Source: Catajapyx aquilonaris
Lineage: Eukaryota
Reading direction: 5' to 3'
NCBI GenBank assembly: GCA_000934665.2
Contig: JYFJ02001034.1
Coordinates: 62,001 to 94,991, forward strand
DNA: 32,991 bases
This document shows, piece after piece, positions 22,532-32,991 of the stretch. Under the pieces are notes generated by a model. The model saw only the letters and a program-made list of their open reading frames with translations, was not told the DNA's origin and searched no databases. Each line of letters opens with the position of its first letter. The stretch's first letter is position 1. The position numbers and the translations under genes were made by a program.

Positions 22532-22824
22532 AATCTTGTCACCTGAATAAATGTCTTGTCATATATTTTACCTGTCCAATGACGCAACATCTTCATCATC
22601 TTAATGGGACAGCCCAATGTTGCTCATTATTTACAGAACCTTGAGGATTATTACATTGTTGTTAAAATCATGCTACGCTGCATCATTGATTATTGAATAA
22701 CCAAATGACCACTCCCCACTCTATTTGATAATGGCTCTTTGCATAAGGTGCGACGTAATAACAAAAAGTATGTGCGTGTCAGTGTTTGGCGTGCTGTCCT
22801 CACTTCATGTGTCACATTATTACC

Positions 22825-24105
22825 ATGATGAGTACCGGTACGCACCGACCAGCCATACCGAAGCAACAGACATGGGTTGACGACAATGCATTCTGGACCG
22901 CCTTTCATCCAGTTGCAATAGTCAGTCTTCTTGGAGGGTATCTGCGGCCAGATGGTCGGAGGTGGTACCGGCACTGCCCGGTGCTGGTCCATACCGCATT
23001 GGTGATTACCTACATGGTGATGTTCAGCATTAAAATGCCGCCTCAATTTGAATCCCTCTTGTTGTCCTGGGGGTCAACTGAGAAGATGGCCTACATATTC
23101 CTGCACGTGTCAGTCTCTTACGTACCGTGGTGCATGTTCGCAGTCATGCAGACCAGAAGCGACAAAGTGTCCCGGCTGATCACCGCATTGTCCAACATCA
23201 GCATGTCTGTCGACCAGTCCAGGCTGACCAAACTGTCCATGGCGTTGACCATTGCTTGGGCATACATGATTGTACTGAACATTGTCAATGCAATAGGTTA
23301 TGTCCATTTCTACGTGGAAGAAACATGTGGTTGGATGTGTGTCTTTCACACGGTGGCATGTTCCCATTCCGCTGTACTCCTGTACACCCTGCCGACACAA
23401 ATCGCCTTTTTGGCCTACACCCTTGGGTTGACACTGAAAGAGATCAATCACCGCATCTCCAAGACATGCGAGGGAGACATGGACAGACGAGCTGCTGTCA
23501 AATTACGGGAATTGTCTGACAAACTGCACCGTTGCTTCGACTTGGCCACCAACATTTCGGATGTTTACGGCATACCCATGGTTTTCCTGTACTTGATCCT
23601 TCTGGTGTGGACAACCAGCAACATCTTCTACGTGGTTCTGACCGGTTTTGGACAAGGTATCTTCTTGTTCATACTTTTGTCTCTGGTCATCCTGGTGAGC
23701 AACGCTGCATCGGCCGCATGGTTCACCATCCTCCTAGCGGAAATACCCAATCAGGCCACCACGTCTCTGAAGGATCTGACCAGCATCCGTCCCTTGAGCA
23801 TGTCTCCCGAGTGCCAAGCACAGGTAAGTCCGCATCACCTGTGTCGTCTACTCATAACCAACACGTCCGTACACTCGCAGGTTGAATCCCTGATCCGACA
23901 GATGAGTTGTCCTCTCGTGCAGATCACCGCAGCCAACTTCTTCCCCATCAACCGTGGCCTGCTCACATCGGTACGTCTTTGATGCATTGTTGTAATAATT
24001 GACAGCATATCCTTCATTCAGATTTCAGGAGCGGTCACTACTTATCTGGTTGTCTTGGGGCAGTTCAAGGACGCGGAACGTGGAGAGGTTCCGAAAACTC
24101 CCTAG
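22825..24105 (+). CDS. Gustatory receptor GR-e, 3 exons (close inverted paralog of GR-b)
   Basis: Exons 22825-23823, 23881-23970, 24022-24105. HRPAIPKQQTW.D.NAFWTAF is shared with GR-b. Ends ISGAVTTYLVVLGQF...PKTP*. Confidence 0.92.
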
Positions 24106-24507
24106 ATGTTAGCACGATGATAATACGCCGGGAACCAAGGAGAACAAATTGTTAATCACTGAACCAGATTGTATGCACTGAACACCTTCAGATTTCTTTT
24201 CTTGCAGACAAGCATTCCAAAAAATGTTTCGTCTAAGTTGTTGTGATTTGGCAACTACATATTATGAACTAATAAACACAACAATTATTGTAGCATACTT
24301 TTAAAGAAACACTATAAAAATCCTTAATTCCACCACTGTTTATTAAAAAGGAAAACATGCTATACGGTGAAGGATCGAAGAACTCACCATTTTATTTGGA
24401 CGGCCGAGTCACAATGCAACAGACTGACAGTGAGTGTGCATACATTACGTGTGGCATGTGCATTTCTCGAAACAATTATTGTAAATGTTCACGGCAGACT
24501 CTTGGTC

Positions 24508-25796
24508 TCAGCCACGGTCGGTCTCAGCAGTTTTGAATTGGGCCAACACGATCAGGTAGGTGGTGACAGCACCTGCAATCTGATAAACTAATTAATGTGG
24601 AATATCGGCCTATTGAGGAACGGGCGTACCGAGGTCAACAGGCTTCGATTGATGCCGAAGAAGTTGGCTGCCGTGACCTGCACAGGAGGGCAACTCATCT
24701 GCTGTATTAGTGATTCAACCTGGAAATTATTAGGCGTCAGTTATGGAAGTACAATATTATAGTTCACCTAACCTGTGCTCGACAATCTGGATGCATGTCC
24801 AGAGTCTTGATGCGGATGAGGTCCTTCTGCGATGTCGCCGCCTGAAAGTATAGTTCAGTACCGTACCTTCTCGACAATCAGCTTGACATGCCTTACCGTC
24901 TCAGGAATTCTTCCCAGAACAATAGTGAAAGAGGCGAGCACCGCAGCATTGCACAAAGACAGTATTGTTGAGTACGACGTGTACCCAACGTAACTGTCCG
25001 AGTACCCAGTCAAAATCACATAAAAAGCCAGACTAGTGATCCACACCAGAAAGCTCAGGTAGAACAAGACCAGTGACACTCCGTACATATCGGAAATGCT
25101 GTGCACCAAATCGTAGCAGCCTCGCAGCTTGACTGACAACCGTTGAAACTGGACAGCGTGATGCCTTTTCTTCCCAACCACTAGGTCATCACATGTTTCA
25201 GAAATGTCGCCATGTATCTCCGTCAAAACCGTGTGCAACTTTAGTGCTAAAAATGCTATTTGTGCAGGAAAAGCATAGATCACCAATGCACTATGACATT
25301 GGGCCAAAATAAACATGACGCTGGTCACACTGACATTTTCAGAGAAAAAATACTCGCACAGATTTGCCTGACCGATGTGCAGAAGATTCATGAAGACAAA
25401 TAGTGCGAGGACTCCTACCGAGTGCTTGGTCACACTCGAGGTGGTGCTCATTCTGGATGCTTTCTGTACCAGCACTTTGACCTCACGACCTCTTGCTTGC
25501 ATGAGGATGAATACGGCCCAGGGTCCGACCAATTTGGATGCATACAAAAAAGTGTATGCGACTCTCTCTGTTTCTTTCCATCTCCACAGCATGAATTCAA
25601 TCTGAGGAGGCATGGTGGTACAGAACACAACAATGTAAGTTAGCAACAGTGCGACATGGATGATGGCAGGCCATCGGTGGTACCACTTGTCTGCATCGTT
25701 GCCCCATGGACACTGAAGGAAACCACCCAGGACACTCACGACAGCCACTGGTCTGAACTCCGGCCAGAAATTTCTGTCCGAGGCAATCATCGACAT
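24508..25796 (-). CDS. Gustatory receptor GR-f, 4 exons
   Basis: Exons 25796-24897, 24841-24773, 24719-24630, 24579-24508. Motifs FWPEFRPVA, ISDMYG, VQVTAANFFGINRSLLTS and IAGAVTTYLIVLAQF. Confidence 0.92.
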
Positions 25797-26387
25797 ATCA
25801 GTTTGTAACTAGGTAAAGTACAACAACCACTCTCAGTAACGTCCTTCTTGGCACTACAGCCTTTCATATTAAGTGTGATATTAGATATCGACAAGCCGAC
25901 TCTATTAATGTGATTGGTTTGTGGGAGTGCCTTGCCTTCTTTAATCCCCATGGACATGGCGGGACCGACAGTTGATTCAATTACCCTGAGTGCTGCAGGG
26001 CACTTCTCAGAGGACGAGACTAACCAATTGCTGATTTTCACAAATGACACGATGTAATGAAAGTGGTTCCATCCATTTTAATGGGTGTTATCAACATAAA
26101 CAGCACCAATTGCCTCCGTTTCGTAACTTTCTCTTATTCCTGTGCACTCTTCTCAATGCTACATGAAAAATATACGCTACATACGCACTGACTTTTGATA
26201 ACATCCGAGTACAATACCGATAACAACTAATATCATTCCCAGCAAAAAAATATTCGCATGAAAAATAAATATATTTTTCGTCTCATTCATGGCAGTACAT
26301 TTCAGAACAGCCTCACATCCCCTCCCTCCCTTCCCGTGATGTCAGAACAAAACATGCTGTTTCCTGGCAATTCACACTAAGATTATA

Positions 26388-26501
26388 CAGGGTGATTCGC
26401 CTGCAGCGCAACCCTCTTTTTCTGGAGCATATAGATGCAATGTTACAACTTTTGAGACACATTTAACAAAATCATGGCCGTGAAAAAAATGACTCACCCT
26501 G
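26388..26501. mobile_element. Tc1/mariner-type MITE (114 bp)
   Basis: TA|cagggtgattc ... gactcaccctg|TA: CAGGGTG termini with 10/11 inverted match and a TA target-site duplication. Confidence 0.75.
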
Positions 26502-26939
26502 TACCTTCTCAGTGAAAAGAGCCAAGAACAGTATAATCAGTGTCCAGCTTAGAGCAGATATTCTCTAATCACTCGGGAAGGGCAGTCTGATATATGAGAA
26601 GACACATCAGTTCGTGCAGGACATGTGAGTAGCACACACTGGATCACAGCCACTGAAGACAAGTCGCAGCCTCGAAAGCCAGGAACTGATCTGGGACATC
26701 CCATTCTGGGCCTGTGGACAGCGGAGAGAAAAACATGTAACCGCCAATGCCTTAGCAAATAAATATAATTTTAACTGTGGCACTATTTTACACCCCCAAA
26801 TTCCACATATTATTAACCCTGAGTCTTTCCGCTTTTCACCCGACATGCCGGGGCAGAATTGCACTCCCTACTCTGCCCAGGGCCAGGAGAAAAGGTTTTT
26901 TTTTTGCGTTACCCCGTGATAGGGCCAGAGCCCCTTATT

Positions 26940-26966
26940 GGGGGGGGGGGGGGGGGGGGGGGGGGN
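26940..26966. other. Poly-G tract ending in N (likely assembly join or sequencing artefact)
   Basis: 26 consecutive G followed by the only N in the window. Confidence 0.7.
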
Positions 26967-27240
26967 TTTCCTTCAATTTTCTGATTTTTCTTCTAACTCC
27001 GGCGCAAGGATGAAAGGACATGGGGGTAAGGATAGGGATTTTTGGGGAGGGGACACAGGTGCAAGTGCAATGTCGGAAAATGGGTAATGTGCAGTCCCCC
27101 AGGAGGCTAGGTTGCCAAGACGCCTTCTTAGGCACGGGCAGAGACCCACTGACACAGGCGGAAGGGAAATCCCGGGTGGGGATCAAACCCGGGACCTTCT
27201 GCTCAGCAAGCAGAGACGTTACCATCTCGGCCACCGCGCC
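26967..27240 (-). mobile_element. tRNA-derived SINE (or tRNA pseudogene with tail)
   Basis: Minus strand GGCGCGGTGGCCGAGATGGTAACGTCTCTGCTTGCTGAGCAGAAGGTCCCGGGTTTGATCCCC has an A box, an anticodon-like stem TCTGC/GCAGA and a degenerate B box. The acceptor stem does not pair. Followed by ~200 bp body ending A-rich at the N. Confidence 0.65.
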
Positions 27241-28753
27241 TTCAAGGTCAAGCCATCAAGGTCAAGCCTAAGATCAGTTTAAGAATGACAGTCGGTCTAT
27301 AAAATTGTCTGCAGAACCAGTGAAGCCTCACTACTATCAATAGGCGAATTTATGATCCGTTCCCTTTCGCCTAAATGCCAAGGCCAAACTTGTCCGAAAA
27401 TATTCGGTATTGTCGCCATAAATTCTTCCTTACCAACTGGCAACCGCACATAAATTGTCATCAATCCGCACGCGATATTCTTGTGCCAAATGTTGCCTTC
27501 CCAACAGTCCTTGTAGACATCAGTTTGCAGTTTGGCCAACAGCTACAAGTCATCTGCAATTATACCGTACCAATAGTTAGCACTCCCGTTGCTACGACAA
27601 ACGCATTGACGCTCCCGTCATCATTTTGAACCCACCGAGTTGCGCAAGTTGGACAGTCCCTCTGGAGGGTGGCAGCTTGGGACTGGGACTCCTGCTCCCT
27701 GGCTGCTCCATGTCCTTCAGGTGGTTGCTGGTCGGGAAGCACCAGATGCAGGCCAGGTGCACCACGCAGGCGAAGATGCACCACTCACGACCCATGTCGC
27801 CTGCGGAAACACAACAACAAGAAGTCAGCGCTGCACAACGACCAACATAATGCAAGGCATTGCAACCAGCATGCTGCAAGGTCAAGGCCGTGACCTACTG
27901 ACCTGCTACCTACAAAATCAATAGAACAATCCGGCAGACCATGGCCACGGTCCCTGCCAGAGCATGTGTCGCACCGCGGTCCTGCCCCGGTGTGCATGCA
28001 CGGGGGCGGCCCCGGGGCGGGCTCAGGGGCAGACGAGCCAGGCAGTGGAAGAAACCCTGGCAACGGAATCCGGAAAAATGAAGACAGTTCACATGCTGGC
28101 CCGTTGGAGGCGACACTCTCGAAGGACTCCGGCGACATCTAGCTGACAGGTCGAAACTACCTAATTTTTTTTTCCTATTAAAATTATTATTGATCAAATA
28201 TGCAAGGTGCACTAGGAAAAGCTAGAGTAACATGCGAGTCATGCGATTTCACACCACATGTCGCCAACAAGCCGAAGCCCGCCGCATGCGAAATTTTTGG
28301 GGGTTCAAGGTCACACGAGATTAGGTGAATGTGGGAGATTTTAATAGGTGTGTATCGGATGAAATTGGTAACACCTTTTCCACAAAAAAACACGAATTAG
28401 TAATTTCTAATGCTATTTCGAGTGCCCCCCTCCCCCTGCACACACCACTGCTAACATAATGACAATGTGTACTCACTTTTTAAACAATCGGCGACAATAA
28501 TGCTCAAATTATACTTACATGAAATAGTTGCACATACACCAGACCTGCACACAAGCCGCACCGACAATGATTTTTCTGCAGGTGACAACGCCCAATACGG
28601 TACATATATGCGTGCACATTCATTTGCATACTAAATTACTCAAGTACACCACGCCTTTGCATTAGACTATAGCTACAAGCTGCCAACAGTTAAATCCAAC
28701 AATAGTTAAAACAATCATATTTTATTAGCGAATACAAAATAGATGACCATTCG

Positions 28754-31153
28754 TTACGTGTATGCTGTAGAATTGTCCTTGCACAAACAGTACAGCCTAA
28801 GCACCGGGTGTCGAATACAACTGGATTGTTCGCCATACTCATTGATTCTGTTCACGTCACCCAACACCGAGAAATTATTTTTGGGCGAATCCCTGTTGAG
28901 AAGGGCTTCCAGGAGGGCATCATTCGGGCTAGTTTCAACCACCACCCGGACACTGCTTGGGACAATCACTTTAACACTCTTGGACTTGGAGGACTTCAAC
29001 ACTGACTTGTTCGGAAGGAACATGGCCGCACTCACCACTCCCTGTAAATAGCATCAATTCTCAATCATATTTCACCTAATACTGTCAACAATGTTTGTTT
29101 GCATTGCGCTCTCTGCCCACTGGGTGCGCCACCTCCCTGATTAGCCCCCATCCGCTAGATGGTGCTCCACACGCTGCCAGGTGGCGCTCCTGTACAGTTA
29201 CTGCTCGCTACGGGTGCACGTAGCGGCGGGTGCACGTAGCGGCGGGTGCACCAAGGGCTTGTGGCGGGTGCACCCGGTGCACCCGCCACAAGCCCTTGTT
29301 ACACCATAGTGTTTGGAATGTAATAACTAGAAGGTACTACCTTAAGTTCAAGTGTGTGGCACGAGTTGGTGACAGGCTCAAGAAGACTGTTGACATGCAA
29401 CACTAGAGCCTTGGCCGCATCCTGGACATCAGAAGTACGGACGTCCACAGCCTTCTCCACGACACACACGCAGTACTCTGGCAGCACCCCAGCCTGGAAG
29501 CACGTTCTGTTTCTGGGCACCAATTGTCTCCAGAGGGACAACCCATGTCTAGATGTCCGACCAAGCTGTCCGTCCTCCCAGGCGTCCAGGTTGACATCCA
29601 GAAGAAGCTCGTGGACATCAAACCAGCTGGTCAGACGGTCACTGTTGGCTCGAAGATTGCGGTACAGGTGAGGGTACTTGGAGTCCAACCAGGAGGGAAG
29701 AACAATCGAGAAGAACGGCATACGCTCTTCTAGACGGCCGTACACAGTGGACCGGATGCTGTCGAACCTGCACCGGATAAATGCAAAAAATGTACTGTTC
29801 AAACATGATAGGATCACCCACCTGTTGCCGTGGTCTCCCATGACAATGACGATGGTGTCGTTGAAAATCCCGGAGTCAACCGACCCCTTCAGGAACGTCA
29901 CCACATCATCATCAATCAGCTGCGCCTTGTTGATGTTCCCATGCGTTATCTCCGATATGAACGCAAATGCAAAGTACGGCAGATTCGCATGTCCTCTCAC
30001 GAACTGCCGTGCGTACCGTAAGATCAGCCTGTGCTTGGCCGCACTTCCAAAGCAGTAGTACTCGCTCTTACGGTGCAACTGTGTCTTCTCCGATGCCAAC
30101 CAGAACGGATGCATGTAAAAGTCGACCGGTGTCTTCCTGAATCCCTTTGTTGGGAAGTTGAACAGTGCGTACTTCGGCATGTCCTCAGCATACAGCGTGA
30201 GGTACCCCACCTTCCTAAACGAATGCCAAAGAAGCGGCATACCATCCATGGTCATCTTACTAAACTTCTTCCTGGGCCATGGAAACTCATGCCATTTGGC
30301 CTGACTCGACACTCTGAGGCCTGTCAACAGCGGTATGATATTCGGAAAGGTATTGTCACCCACTTTGGTCATCCCCTTCATCACCACACCTCCGAGGACC
30401 TCAGTCAGGTACTTGTATGTCTTGGGCATTTGGCGAATCAAATTTGGCTGAGACATTGAGTCAATGGCCAGCAGGAAGATACTTGGTCTGGTATGGGGCA
30501 GTCGGTCAATCACTGTCCGGTTGACGTTCATCTTCGGGTAGATATGGACATTCTCGTACCACACCTTCTTCTTCTCCTTACACAGGACCAAACACGTGTC
30601 AGTCGACAACTGTACAGAGTCATTCAGAACCTGCAAAATTTAGGACATCATAATTATGTACTTATCAGCTTATCATATCCGGACATCCTCTCAGTAATTA
30701 ACAATGCAATGGACCAACCTTTGCCTTACTGTACGACACTTTGTTGTCATGAGGCAACCAGACATCGTAATACTCGCAGGTGACCCCAGGTGCTGACTTC
30801 CGCATGGTACTGAGGACATCCTGGTTCAGCACCAACAAACCACTCTGGTCCAACGAGGTCACCTCAGGCTGTTTGACCCCACAGTTCAACGGACTTGCCT
30901 TGTGTATGTACGACCTGATTATCTTGTCGAATGGATCCAAATGGGGCAGGACACAACCGGTATCTCCAAGTTTGGACAGGTCCAGTACAAGTTGAAGACC
31001 CTGCTCCTGATTCTTCTCTTGTACTTTGGCCACCAGCTCCAGGTACTTGTGGTCCACCGGTACGGCACTGAAGCAATATAGGACATACACGACACCGACC
31101 ACCAGCACCAGCATGTACAGACGAAGCTTCCACGGATGCTTGTCCGACATCAT
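28754..31153 (-). CDS. DUF229 family protein (alkaline phosphatase/sulfatase superfamily, type II membrane anchor), 4 coding exons
   Basis: Exons 31153-30719, 30630-29822, 29767-29341, 29041-28754. N-terminal TM, CVLPHLDPFD, LAIDSMS, KVGDNTFPN, GYLTLYAED, MGDHGNRF, GRLEERMP, RTCFQAGV..YCVC and a terminal YCLC. Confidence 0.9.
29211..29298. repeat. 16-bp tandem repeat (x2.5) plus 47-bp palindrome in the last intron of the DUF229 gene
   Basis: (cgggtgcacgtagcgg)x2.5, then caagggcttgtggcgggtgcacc-c-ggtgcacccgccacaagcccttg (23-bp perfect arms, 29252-29298). Confidence 0.9.
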
Positions 31154-32145
31154 GGGCTGTACGACCAACACTGAAGGAAAGAAGGGGTATGACAACCAGA
31201 CAGGATACACTATCGTACATAGATAGTGTAGCAGGATACAATTAGTGGAGCACCCAGTTGTCCGATTACTATACAGACTGCATCATTCAGTATGGTCAAG
31301 ACATCGACAATCTTTATCCCCATCGCCATCAATCATCGACGAACCCGCCTTTGTCGCACGCGATTGTCTCGTACCATTTTACACCCGAGGAAATCATAAA
31401 GCCCGCAAAGCCGTACCGCGCCTGTCCGACACACTAAAGACATATCGATCAGCCTCAGTAACCAGGACACAACCTCCACATCAAACTGGGTTATTACAAA
31501 CATAATTATCCTATACTCACTTTCCAGGCTCACATATCCTAGTGTCACACATGTGTCACCAGTACCACTCGGACATCTCCAGACAGGTACGGACTTGCAC
31601 GGACAAGATGCGATGTGCTCCGATCCTCGTGGCGCACTGGTCCCTTTTTCCAGATTACTCGCGTGATGTCGCCATCGTACACCGTTGTTTACCCCAGCAA
31701 CCTTTGGAGACATTATGACACATTGCGTGCGGGAATCGATTACCGGAAGCTTCCTGGTATTGTTCAGGTTCGTCGGTCATCCAACCGTGTATGACATGTA
31801 TCATGCGATAGTGTATAGGAAATTATTGAAGTTCGATGTGCTATACATCGAAGGACACGCGGCATTCATCTGATAGTTTGCAGTACATGGTATGGCAGGG
31901 TGTAATAAGGCTGTCAGTGAGATGATGAGGGCCAGTCTGGCTCGAAGAAACTTGATTCCTGGAATTACGACACGCCATTTCCGGCAGTTCCACTAAGGGT
32001 CATCCGACAACAGTGGTACCAGAGAGATAAAACCTAATTAAAGTAATGGAAGCACGCCACATTATTAAGGGTGTGTCACCTGTTGGACAATCTGACAATG
32101 GTCACCTGACAATAAGAGATTGTGGCCGCATTTCCCAAAATCAAA

Positions 32146-32991
32146 TCACAACAAGTGTCGGAAATACCCCGTAGGCCTATACACAATTATTAGGCTGTGC
32201 TTCTCAGTCAGGATACAACCGTAAACTACCACGTTGTTCTCTTGCGCAAATTTTGTCTGCAGGTTGCCAGCCTTGTCCGCAAACTGGTAGGTTCCAGCTA
32301 CAAGAAATTCGTATGTCCCGATGCAGCAGTGGTCGGCGTTGATGGCCTCGAGTATGCACGTGTTGAGATCCAGATGGTCAATTATGTCCCTGGCCGCAGA
32401 TGAAAAGTACTCCAGTCCTACAAGAGCACTGTGGATGTAAGGTTTGACGAAAGCGATCGCCCCCAACGTCCACTTGGGCCATCCCTGATGCTCCCTGAAT
32501 GTCTCCGGGAGATCCTCCATCATGGGAGATGCCAGGAAGCCGAAGTAGAGGGCCTCGTACCCACAGATGATGACCAGGGAGAAGACCCACCAGAAGGAGA
32601 TGAATATTCGGGGTGGTTGGGTAGAGGGGACCAGGTTCGGGTTCTCTTCGATCAGGGTGGAGGAGAGGTACCTCAGGGAGTACATGAGGAGGCGGGGGGA
32701 TGACCTCCTGAGGTCACCTGATGGGAAGGGGTTGAGGGGACTCAACTTTAAGAGGAGGGTGAGGACTGCACTGCCAAAGAGTACGGACACCATCACCATC
32801 GCCCACATGTCCGGAGTGTACGGTAGGAGCATCGCGTTCCAAGTGTAGCTCACTCGAGGGGCCCTGGTTACGAAGGTAACTGTGCCATACGCATGGGGAA
32901 AATTGACGTCGACCACCAGGGACATCCGATCTTTACCCATCGTCAATCCAAACACTGCTTTTCTTCGGAGGATGGCTCCTGTTGCTCCGGT
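32146..32991 (-). CDS. Divergent ionotropic receptor (IR / variant iGluR); 5' part outside the window, C-terminus appears truncated (possible pseudogene)
   Basis: Frame open to the window edge: TGATGAILRRKAVFGL..DRMSLVVDVNFPH (S1), FVTRAP...LLPYTPDMW (pre-M1), RIFISFWWVFSLVIICGYEALYFGFLASP (M3-like), then S2. Stops at GYFRHLL* without a final TM helix. Confidence 0.78.
   Translation of the reverse strand, partial: TGATGAILRRKAVFGLTMGKDRMSLVVDVNFPHAYGTVTFVTRAPRVSYTWNAMLLPYTPDMWAMVMVSVLFGSAVLTLLLKLSPLNPFPSGDLRRSSPRLLMYSLRYLSSTLIEENPNLVPSTQPPRIFISFWWVFSLVIICGYEALYFGFLASPMMEDLPETFREHQGWPKWTLGAIAFVKPYIHSALVGLEYFSSAARDIIDHLDLNTCILEAINADHCCIGTYEFLVAGTYQFADKAGNLQTKFAQENNVVVYGCILTEKHSLIIVYRPTGYFRHLL

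Noticed and set aside
27165..27240. Functional tRNA-Ser(GCT)
   Set aside because: No acceptor-stem pairing, no long variable arm and a T-loop reading TTTGATC; treated as a SINE head.
27297..28212. Short ORFs in a GC-rich stretch, one faintly like a non-LTR retrotransposon ORF1 remnant
   Set aside because: No consistent exon chain or convincing motif could be supported by eye.
31245..32100. Short ORFs between the DUF229 gene and the IR
   Set aside because: No recognisable domain; likely 5'UTR exons of the DUF229 gene (minus-strand donor near 31520) or intergenic DNA.
1..32991. Prokaryotic operon, defence system or horizontally acquired block
   Set aside because: Spliceosomal introns occur throughout and all recognised genes belong to animal families.

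Overview
Gene-dense eukaryotic DNA, not prokaryotic. It has many ~50-90 nt GT-AG introns, and the gustatory receptor, ionotropic receptor and ABC-H content points to an arthropod with a compact genome. From 5' to 3': three tandem LRR genes with unspliced CDSs and N-terminal BC-box/Cul2-box-like motifs (copies 1 and 2 are a ~2.3 kb tandem duplication); a 12-exon 4-coumarate-CoA ligase/luciferase-like acyl-CoA synthetase; gustatory receptor GR-a; single-exon glomulin; a degenerate Helitron PIF1-helicase fragment; an RD3-like gene that the ORF track misses because it needs a GC-AG intron; an ABC-H type half-transporter; five more GRs in mixed orientation with stepwise intron loss; several MITEs and a tRNA-derived SINE; a DUF229 sulfatase-superfamily gene; and a truncated ionotropic receptor at the right edge. 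All family calls are from motif recognition and manual splicing; no database search was run.
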